A stretch of 64,000 bases of DNA, taken from the IMG/VR virus record IMGVR_UViG_3300035181_002953. The stretch is one strand, 5' to 3'. The notes under the pieces were generated by a model. It saw nothing but the letters and a program-made list of their open reading frames with translations. It made no database searches and was not told where the DNA came from. Made by a program: the position numbers and the translations under genes. The stretch's first letter is position 1; each line of letters starts with the position of its first letter. Below are positions 28,760-38,156 of this stretch, in pieces. The DNA is from an uncultured virus (IMG/VR IMGVR_UViG_3300035181_002953) (taxonomy: Duplodnaviria; Heunggongvirae; Uroviricota; Caudoviricetes).

Positions 28760-29838
28760 GACTCCGCCGCGTCGCGGAAGCGCCGGTCGTCATTCACGAG
28801 AACGAAGTCGCGAAAGGATGTGCCATGGGTGGAACCGAGAAGTCCGCGCAGACGACGAAGGCAATCGTGATCTCGAACTACCCTCCGAAGCTGTACGAGG
28901 AGCAGTTCTTGAAGAAGCTCAATCGCTACGGCGTCGACGTCGTGCGGGTGGTGAGCGGTGACCGGGGCGTACTCGGAGACATGCCGCGCGAGGTCACGAC
29001 CGTCATCGCCCTCACTGGGATGATGGCGCAGAACCAGTGTGTGGCCGCGAAGGAGTGGGCGAAGATGCACGGGCGGACGTTCTTGCAGCTGTACAAAAAC
29101 ACGTCCACGTGGGCCGACATCCTCGGTACCCCCACGCTCGCGCTCGTGCCCCAGCGTCCTGCGCCGGCGAGCCAGCCCATCCCGCCTACGTGGGTGGAGC
29201 CGCAGGTCGCCGTGGAGACCAAGCCGGTGAATACGCAGGAAGCGAACGACGCGGAAGAACTCGCGAAGCTCTACGCGATCGAGAATGCAGAGCTTCGCAT
29301 GAAGCTCGAGAAGCTCGACGAGGCCAACGCCAACGGCGTGGACTACCAGGACTTCGAGCAGCTCGCGAAGACGATACAGAAGAGCGGATCGGCACTCGCG
29401 GCCAAGGAAAAGCTGATCACCAAGCTCCAGGAGGAGCTCCTCAGGTTCAAGGAAGAGACCGCCAAGCTCAAGTCGGAGTTGCCGGTGATGAAGGAGAAGC
29501 ACGCCATCGAAGCCGGGGGCTTGCGCGGCGACGTCGAGCGTCTCAGCAAGGAAGTGCAGCGGCTCGAGGCGGAGCTCACCTCCAAACGGCGCACCGCCGA
29601 CACGCTGGAAGCACGTATGAAGCAGATGGTCGAAGAAAAGAAAGAGATCGACCAAGAGCTCGCGCAGGCACGGGACAAGATCGCGATGACCGCTCGTCAG
29701 TCGACGGCACCGAAGGAGGTGCTGGTTCCAGACGTGAAACCTCTGCAACGCCTCATCGTCGGTCTTCAGTCGATGATCGAAGAGGGGATGATGACCCCCG
29801 CCGAGGCTTTCGAGAAGCTCGCGGCGAAATACAAGTAG
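28756..29838 (+). CDS. DUF2325-like N-terminal domain plus long coiled coil
   Basis: VTTVIALTGMMAQNQCVAAKEWAKMHG resembles DUF2325; heptad-rich C-terminal half; true start may be about 28825. Confidence 0.55.
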   Translation: MRLRRVAEAPVVIHENEVAKGCAMGGTEKSAQTTKAIVISNYPPKLYEEQFLKKLNRYGVDVVRVVSGDRGVLGDMPREVTTVIALTGMMAQNQCVAAKEWAKMHGRTFLQLYKNTSTWADILGTPTLALVPQRPAPASQPIPPTWVEPQVAVETKPVNTQEANDAEELAKLYAIENAELRMKLEKLDEANANGVDYQDFEQLAKTIQKSGSALAAKEKLITKLQEELLRFKEETAKLKSELPVMKEKHAIEAGGLRGDVERLSKEVQRLEAELTSKRRTADTLEARMKQMVEEKKEIDQELAQARDKIAMTARQSTAPKEVLVPDVKPLQRLIVGLQSMIEEGMMTPAEAFEKLAAKYK

Positions 29839-29847
29839 AGGTGCGAC

Positions 29848-32800
29848 ATGGGTAACGCTTTCGATTGGCTGGAAGAGACGGTGCAGTTCGAGCGGCAGCG
29901 CGCGAACGATGCGGAGCAGAAGGTCGAGCAGCTCACCCGCGAGCGAGACGATGCCCGCGAGCTGCTTGCGAAGGCGCTCACGGATGCGATCCTCGCGCCC
30001 GCGGAGCTCAAGGCCCTCCGGGACGTCGCCGACGCGGCCCGCGTGCGGAAAACCATCGACGAGAGCGATGAGGCCTCGGACCAAGACGAGCTGGCCGCGA
30101 GCATCATCATGGCCAGTACGATCCGGACGCTCGACAAGATCCAGAGGGAAAAATGAGCGTCACGGTGCTGCGCGCCATGACGCTGCTGCTCATGATCGCC
30201 ACGGTCGTCGTGGTCTGGATGAGCGGCGTGCAGGTCGCGGCAGCGTGCTTCTTCTCGTTCGTGATGGGCCTGATCATGGCGGGGCGCGGGCCGCGGAGCG
30301 CCATCCCGATCTCGACCCGGGATCTGGCCATCCTGCGGGAGATCGACGCCCACGGCGCCGCCGGCGCCTACGGCCTGAGGATCGCCGAGAAGGTCGGGCG
30401 CCCGTGGTGGAAGAGCATCTACATCGACCTGCACGATCTCGAGGATCAGGGCTTCGTCGATAGCGAGCTCGTGGGCAACCGATGACGTCCACGCCGCACA
30501 CGTGGCTCAACGAAGAGCGCGACGGCGGCCCGATGGGCGACTACCGCGCCTGGCTCTGCACGACGTGCGGCGCGTGCGGTGGCTCTGCCGACGACGACTT
30601 CAAGGTCATCACCGAGGCCGATCCGGTGACGGGAAAGAAGCGACGTCGGTGGATCTCCGTGCCGGCGGACCCGACCGGCCCGAGCATCGTTCCGTTCCTC
30701 GCGGGCCCCGCGCTCTCGCTCAGCCGGGACTGCCTCGAGTCGCAGGCCATCATCTGGTCCTACGTCACGGAGCAGATCGCCTACCTCGAGACGCTCGGGT
30801 CGAAGGGCCTGAGCCCGAAGGTGCCGGCGATGATGAAGGACGCGCTCTACCGGGCGCCGGAGAAGACCGACGTGACCGCCTTCGTCGGCATCCTCTACGG
30901 CGTCGACCTGCGCAAGCTCAACGGCCTGAGGGCGCCGACGTCGCTCGACGAGCTCCGCGTGCAGCTGACCGAGGCGGGCTTTCCGCCGGCCGGCTGCTGA
31001 GGCGTATCGCCTCGCCCCGTCGTGGTGCCATGGACATCTTCACCTTCGCGGTCGAGGTAGCGCGTCACCTGTCCGAGGCGCGGCAGTTTGCGTGGCACGC
31101 GCGCCCGTCGCCGTACGATCACATGCGCGAGCGCCACGCCGAGATCTTCCGGATGGACGGCGCGTCGCTCGCGCTGAACATCGACCACCGGTCCAAGACC
31201 CGCGTGACCGTGAAGGCGAAGTTTCCGGCCGGGCATCACCCCTGGGGGGTGATCGAGACCGTCCCCGTGTACCGGGTCAGCGAAGGGTCGGGGTCGACCG
31301 TCAAGACCCGCGACGTCTACGGCGAGATCCCCTTCACGTGCACCGTGGCCATGACGCGCGATCCGAAGGGCGCAGCGGCCTACATCGTTCGGTCCCTGCT
31401 CGCCCGGTACGAGGAGGCCTTCCCCAAGTCGGCACGCGAGGCGGCGGTCGAGAAGCGCGACCAGGAGGACCAGGACCGGTTCTCGAAGGCCGTGCTCGAG
31501 GCCGGCGGGCAGCCGCCCGAGTTGAAGACGAACAGCGGCCCGTGGCAGTGTTCGAGGGTGCACGCGTGCGGGCTCTCGGTCGAGCCCCGGAAGGACGACA
31601 TGTGCGAGGTCCGGGGCGACATCCCCCGCGACCTGGCTCTCGGCCTCATGCGCGAGCTGCGGGCCCGCTACGGGACGCCGGAGGCGGAGGCCGAGGCCGA
31701 TGAGGACGACCCGGAGCCCGCCAGCGGCGGCGTGGAGGCGGCAGAGTGAAGCCGGCGACGCAGTTTCAACTCTACACGACGGTCGGGTGCGTCTTTCTGG
31801 CCCTTTGGTTCCTCGACGGGCTCGACGCCGGGCTTCGGTCGCGGATGCTGCTCGGGTGGGGCCTCTTCACCCTCGCGTTCGCGGCGCACGCCTTCTTCGC
31901 CGAGGACCGCTGAGGCGGGTTGCCCCGACCCGTCGAGGAGCCACGATGAAAAAGATTCAGGGGTACATCGAAAACAGCATCATGCTCGGCGGCATTTCAC
32001 TGCTGCTGTACGTGAACCCGGCGCAGCCATGGCGGCCGTTCTTGATCTTCTCGCTGGTGTCCCTTTGCTGGGCTATCGCCAGCGTCGTTCGCAGCCTCAT
32101 GAAGGGAGGGGTGCCATGAAGGGAGGGGTGATGGACCAGGACAAGGTGGTGCCGCGCGAGAAGGTCGAGCGGCGCTTTCGCCAGATCATGATGAACGCGA
32201 CGCAGGAGCGGGTGCTTCGCGCGCTCGTTGCCAACCGCAAGGAGTACGACGCGGACCCGTTTGGCCACAAGCGGCAGCTGCCGCGAGGCGAATACCCGCG
32301 CAAGGGCGTGGAGACGCGGCGATCGGGCTCGTCGCCTGGGTGGAGTCCCGAGTGGCAACGTGCGCTCGAGATCTCCCTCGACGTCTGTTTCGCCAAGCGC
32401 GACCTCCTCCACCACACCTACGCGACGCTCGGCGGTTGCAGCTACATCGCGTGGCTCGACGCCGGCAACCGGGCGCGCCCCGACGACCGCGGGTTCTGGC
32501 AGAAGCCGTTCAATAGCCGGACCGTGCTGTACGGGTCGCAATGGGTCGAGGAACCGATGCCGCTCTACGACTTCAGCGACCACCTGTGGGAGCCGTGACG
32601 GCGGCGGCTCGCAAGCACGGAAAGCCCGTTTCGGCGCGCCTTCGAAACGTCTCGCGGGTCGAGGCGCTCGCCGTCGACAAGACGATATTCGTGCGGCCCG
32701 TTGGCCCGGGCATGTGCAAGTTCTGCGGCGCGAAGAGCAAGTGCGACATCGACATCTTCTGCTGCCCGCTTGCCAAGGAGAGCACGCACTGTCTCTGGTG

Positions 32801-35355
32801 CGGCGACGATCTCGTCGTCCCGAAGGGCAAGCAGGCGCCGCTCGCGTTCTGCAAGCCGAGCTGCTCGGTCGCCTTCCACAAGGACGTCGGGAGCAATCGG
32901 CAGCTGGAGCCGGCGAAAGACCCCCGCCTGCACATCGAGACCATCCGCCGGGCGACCAACGAGGTCATCAACGAGCCGTGGTTCTGGGAGCAGGGGACGC
33001 ACACGATCAATCACGCGCAAGCTCGGTTCCTGCGCGAGACGCCGCCGGCCGTGATTCGCGCGCTGCTCGAACGCCTGGCCCACGCCGAGCGCGTGCTGGA
33101 CGTCGCCCGCCAAGAGCCCGAGGACACGCGCGTGGGGCGCGAGGTCCGCGACTACGATTCGACCAGGAAGATCTGGGGAAAGAGCTGGAAGTCATGAACC
33201 TGTTCGGTGTCCACGTCTGCATGGACGAGGTGCGCATGGTCGCCCCGTTCGTTCCGCCGGTGCTGCTTACGCTCGTCGCCTTTCGCCAGCGACTCCAGGC
33301 CGCGGCAGCGTCGTGCCTCGGCTCGATCCGAAAGCTGGGCGCCTGATGGCCGAGCTGCGCACGGGGCACATGACGCTTCTGCACGCGCTCACCGAGGCAG
33401 AGCGCATGGGAGATGTCTCCGTCGTCATCCGAGACGACGAGGCGACTCTTCTGCTCTGCCTCATCCGCCACGTTCGCGGCTACGTGCGGTTCGTGGGACA
33501 GATCCCGAAGATGGGCTTCGAGCACGAGCTGAAGGCCGCGGAGCTGCGCAAGGCGCTCGAGGATCTCGGCGTCCCGATGGAAGGCGATCTGTGATGTCAC
33601 TGAACGATGCCAAGGTCATCGCCGGCCGCGTCGCCGCCGGCCTGAATCGAATGCTCTTCGACCCGAAGCTCCGCGAGCTGCGCGCCCTCGAGCGCGAGGC
33701 GATCCGATCGCTTCTCGTCGACGCAAACGCCGTCGCCAACAAGCTCGAGACCATGGGCGCGGTCGACACGTTCAAGGGAGAGCCGCCCCCGACGAGACAC
33801 CCGACCGCAGAGACCGTCGTCGCCAGAATCGCGTCGGCCATCCTGAATGGCTCGGGCCGGTTCGGGTTCGCGACGCTCGACGGCGAGACCGCGCTCTTTG
33901 CGGGCGCGCACCGCGTCGTCCGCGTGGACAACGGCTTCATCGTCGCGCTCGGGCTCACCCGCGCGCACCTCTTGGAGATCCGTGACGCCGTCAATGCCGC
34001 GCTCGACGCGAGCGACGCCGCGGGCGGCGCGCCGTGATCACTCCCGTGTGCCCGTGCTTCACGTGCCAGAACAAGCCCGACTGGGGCTTCAAGAACCCTG
34101 TCCTCATGCACATGGTCGTCTGCCCCGTGTGCGGGAACAAGCGCTGCCCGAAGGCGACGCTCCACACGAACTTCTGCACGGGCTCCAACGAGCCGGGGCA
34201 GCCCGGGAGTCGCTACTCGGTCCGATGGGCCACCGGCCCCAACGACGAGAATGGCGTCCCGATGCACCACCCCGCATCGCCGGCGGCACCTGCGACGTTC
34301 CGCCCGTTCACCGGCGGCAAGATCAGGGTTGGCGTCACGCTCCGCGGCTTCGATCTCACGCCCATCGACGGCGACCGCTGGCGCTTCCGGTACCAGTACG
34401 CCGACGGCTTCGATCCGATCTGTGAGGCACTCATGGCCGCCGCGCACGCGCTCGTCGGACTCGATTTCGACTACTGGGAGCTCGAGCTCGACGACCACAT
34501 CGACCGAGATGACGTGCGCCCGCAGCCCAACTGGTTCGCCCGCGAAGGCGCGTCCCTCGAGTTCATCGGCCCCGCCGCATCCACGGAGGATCTCACGTGA
34601 GCAAGTCGAAAGAGAAGCCGAAGGAAGCGCCGGCCAAGCCGGCGAAGCCGAGTGTCCTGCAGCTCACGGACCGTGTGGAGCCTATGAACCGACAGGACGC
34701 CATCACGACGGTTCTGGTGCGGCTGCGCGCAGACAAACCGGTCATTCTGGTCAACCTGTCGAGCGGCGAGCACGCTCCGGCAGATGCCGCGGGGGAGTTG
34801 ATGTTCCGAACGCAAGAGCACGAGGTGCTCTGGGTCACGGAGTGGGCGGCCGTCACCGAGTGCGAGGCGTGCTTCGCGCTGATCAACCTGCACCGTGGCG
34901 AAGTCTACGGACCGCTGTGGGAATCGGGTGACTGGTTCCTCGACCCGGACGACCGCACGCGGCTGCAAGCGCTGGGCGCCGCGCGGGATGAGGCGGCGGG
35001 GCACGAGCTCGCGCAGGCCGAGCGGATCATCTACCTCTACGACTTCCGGGACCGCGCTGCGCGCGTGCTCGAGTACCTCCGCGAAGGCATTAACCGCTAC
35101 TCGTCGTGGAAGCGGCGCCACGCGGCGTTCTTCGCCGCCATCTCTTGGGGCAAGACGCCCGAGGGGCAGGAATGGGTCGCCCGGCACAACGGCGACGTGT
35201 CGGCCGCGCATGACGCATGGACGGACGAGAAGCGCCGGGAGAACGACATCGTGCTCGACACGTGGAACCGACGCATCGAACGTGTCGAGGTGCTGGCGGC
35301 GTCGGCCGAGAGCGAGCGCAAGGCGCTGCTCGCGCTTCGGCGTGGCGAGCGCTAA
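29848..35355 (+). other. run of small hypothetical genes (29848-30156, 30482-31000, 31030-31749, 31746-31913, 31946-32119, 32116-32598, 32595-33197, 33194-33346, 33346-33594, 33594-34037, 34034-34600, 34597-35355)
   Basis: Coupled ORFs; exact promoter motifs at 30996-31021 and 31909-31934. Confidence 0.55.
30153..30485 (+). CDS. membrane-anchored PadR-like winged-helix protein
   Basis: Two TM segments, then LAIL..AYGLRIAEKV..SIYIDLHDLEDQGFVDS. Confidence 0.6.
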   Translation: MSVTVLRAMTLLLMIATVVVVWMSGVQVAAACFFSFVMGLIMAGRGPRSAIPISTRDLAILREIDAHGAAGAYGLRIAEKVGRPWWKSIYIDLHDLEDQGFVDSELVGNR

Positions 35356-35372
35356 CGGCCCGACGCCACCGT

Positions 35373-36560
35373 TCAGGGCCTTGACCACGACCGCGAGACG
35401 GGTGAGCGCCTCGTCGACGGGTCGGTGTTCTCGCGACCCGTCACGAAGAGCCGGCCACCATCCATCGTGGAAGCGAAGATGTTCCGCCGCGCAGCGTTCT
35501 CGTGCCGGCCCGTCCTCGACACGTGGAAGAGAGAGTTGACGGAGTCGGCGTGCTCACGGCGAAGCGCTTCGGCCTCGCTGTACGAGAGGTCCCGGCCGAT
35601 GATGCGCCCCGCCGTCTCCGGCGGCTTCACGGCGGCGACGTAGTACAGCTGCTCCGGCGGCGAATCGTCCACGGGGTTCTCTTTCCGCTCGGTGCCGTAC
35701 GTCGAGATCGCGCCGTAGACGCCGGGCAGGCTCTCGAGCTTGCTGTCCGTGGTGGTGAAGAGTCCCACGGTGGTCACGCTCGCGCCGGCGAACTTCCCAC
35801 GCGGACCGAGCAGCACGCCGATCGTGATGATCTCGCGCGTGAGCCCGGAGCCCTTCTCGCGCCGCAGGTTCACGTGCGTCCCCATGTCCCGGAAGACGGG
35901 GCGCCACGGCTTGACCTCGACCGTGAACCCATACTTCTCGCCGCTCGCGCGGAGATGGTCGACGAACTTGTCCCGGATGCTGGGGTTCGGGCGACGTTCC
36001 TCGGACGACGCGATCGTGATCGCCGCCGGATCCCAGACGACCGCCCACTGCTCGTCGCCCACGGCCGCGCGCGACTGTTCCTCCCTCACGGTGCTGCCCC
36101 CGCGCACGACGAAGCCCGTGTAGCCCGCGCGCACGAGCACCGCGAGGATTCGCGACGGCTGCTTTCCGTACCACTCGATCGTCCCCGGAAGCTGGTCGAT
36201 CACCTCGATCAGCCACATCGGCGAGAGGAGCTTCTCGACCTCCTTGCGCGCCGCGGCCGGGTTCTCCGTGCCCCAGTTGTACTTCTCCTCGTCCCACTGC
36301 TCCGTCGGCACCTCACGCATGAGCGCCTGGAGCAGCGTCGCCGGAATGCGCTTGTACGGCTGAGCGACTCCCTTCCACACGATCGTCGCCGTCACGAGGT
36401 ACGCACCGTACGCGTGCGCCGTCTGTGGCCTCGTCGTGAAGTAGAAGCCGGGGCCGAGCTGGTCGGCGCCCTTTCCTACGTGCGTGTGCTCGAAGCGGTC
36501 GAACGACGCCGAGTGACCAGCGTACCAGGGTCCCGACGAAGGCTTTCCGGCGACGGTCAT
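35373..36560 (-). CDS. ART-PolyVal-like (ADP-ribosyltransferase fold) multidomain protein with NP linkers
   Basis: WYAGHSASFDRFE...GADQLGPGFYFTT...AYG...AGYTG...WAVVWDPAAI; linkers RRPNP and RKENP. Confidence 0.6.
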   Translation of the reverse strand: MTVAGKPSSGPWYAGHSASFDRFEHTHVGKGADQLGPGFYFTTRPQTAHAYGAYLVTATIVWKGVAQPYKRIPATLLQALMREVPTEQWDEEKYNWGTENPAAARKEVEKLLSPMWLIEVIDQLPGTIEWYGKQPSRILAVLVRAGYTGFVVRGGSTVREEQSRAAVGDEQWAVVWDPAAITIASSEERRPNPSIRDKFVDHLRASGEKYGFTVEVKPWRPVFRDMGTHVNLRREKGSGLTREIITIGVLLGPRGKFAGASVTTVGLFTTTDSKLESLPGVYGAISTYGTERKENPVDDSPPEQLYYVAAVKPPETAGRIIGRDLSYSEAEALRREHADSVNSLFHVSRTGRHENAARRNIFASTMDGGRLFVTGRENTDPSTRRSPVSRSWSRP

Positions 36561-37331
36561 CGCAGGCCAGCCGCGATGAGCCGGTCGAGCGGGTCGACCG
36601 AGATGATGCCGTTCCGGCGCTGCGCCTCGAGTGCGAGCTTGCGGTTCGCCTTCCAGGTCGCGCAACCCTCGCACGAGCACGCCGTGTGGCCGTTCGGGAG
36701 CGTGAACGGCTTGGTCAGGATCGATCGGATGGGCTGCGCCATGCGGTCCAGGATACACCAGCTTGGGTGTCAGATCCCGCCCGGATGCCCTGTCATCAGC
36801 CCGTGCCCCCCACTCCTCGGCAGCTCGCGGACCTTGCCGACCGCGCCTTTTTCGAAACCCTGACCTTCCCCCGCGGAGCGCCCGTGCTGGTCACGGTGCT
36901 TCCCTCGGGCCGGAGCCTGCTCATCGAGCGACGCGACGGGCTCTATTTCTCGCTCGTCGGCGGATGCAGCGGCGACGCCGAGGTGAGCTTCCCCAAGCTC
37001 AAGAAACGGCTCATTCGATCCGTCACCCCGCTCTCCCGCGAAGAGATCTGGGAACGGTAGGCGACCAGGCCCAGCCCGCGTCAGACGCGGGCGTCGAGCC
37101 CGTCCCATGGGTCATGAAACCCACCACCCTCGACCGTCACGACGTTCTCGCCGATGCCCGCGCGTGGCTCGCTGCCCGCTGCAAGGACGGCGTGCTCGTC
37201 CTGTCCCGCGAAGAAGCTGAGCACCTCATCTCGACGGAGTGCGGCCGGGCGGTCGCCCTCGAGCTCGGGAGCCGCATCGATCTGACGGCCGCGGAGCCGA
37301 GCGAGGAAGAGCTCGCCCGGTGCGGCGACGA

Positions 37332-38153
37332 CTAGCTCGAGAGGTACCGGCCGAGCAGGTAGGCGCCCACGCCGATGCCAGCTCCGATACCGGCGCCCTT
37401 CACGCGGTCCTTCTTCGTGAGGACGGCGCCCGCCAGCGCCCCGAGGCCGGCCGTGACGACAAGGACCGGGCCTCCGTAGCGTCCGTCCGCCGTTGCGACC
37501 GTGGTGACGGCCACAGGCGGCGCCGCATACTTCTCGCCGGTGCCCGCGCTAAGGTTGCCGGAGAGGCCGAGCTCGATCGCCGTATTGAATGCCTTCACGT
37601 ACTGGTCGATCGTCGAGACGCCCTTGCTATTGATCGTCTCGCGGTAGCCCCAGGCGCTCTTGGCCATTGGCCACGGCGTGCGATTCTTGTAGTCGAAGCC
37701 GGCGTTGTAGCCGCTCACGACCTTCGGGAAGTCCTCGCCGAGGACCTTGTAGACCGTGCGCATGAAGTCGGCGCCGAGCGCGAGGTTGAGGTGCGCCTTC
37801 GCCTGCACCACGTCGGGCGCGTCGCCCTTCGCCGCGGTGAACTCCGACGGATCGTGCCCCTGAAAGATCCCGTGCGACGTCAGCATCGTCAGGCCGTAGC
37901 CGTGGCCGCCGTCAGGATCGGTCCCGATGAGGTACGCGTTGCCGCGCGACTCCTGGTAGATGGCGGCGGCGAGGGCCGCCTCGGGCACGCCGGTACGCGC
38001 CGACTCGGCCTCGATGATGGGCCGCCACGGGTCGAGCACGAGCGAGGTGAGCTCGTGCTCGGCCGCGGGCGGCAGCTTGAGAACCAGCGCGCTGCCGTCG
38101 GCCGCGGTGACGATCACCGTTCCGTCGACCGACTGCGCGTACTGGTTCGGCAT
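37332..38153 (-). CDS. lytic transglycosylase (SLT-like) with C-terminal membrane segments
   Basis: AAAIYQESRGNA...GYGLTML...NLALGADF...YNAG; hydrophobic Gly-rich C-terminus. Confidence 0.8.
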   Translation of the reverse strand: MPNQYAQSVDGTVIVTAADGSALVLKLPPAAEHELTSLVLDPWRPIIEAESARTGVPEAALAAAIYQESRGNAYLIGTDPDGGHGYGLTMLTSHGIFQGHDPSEFTAAKGDAPDVVQAKAHLNLALGADFMRTVYKVLGEDFPKVVSGYNAGFDYKNRTPWPMAKSAWGYRETINSKGVSTIDQYVKAFNTAIELGLSGNLSAGTGEKYAAPPVAVTTVATADGRYGGPVLVVTAGLGALAGAVLTKKDRVKGAGIGAGIGVGAYLLGRYLSS

Positions 38154-38156
38154 GAC

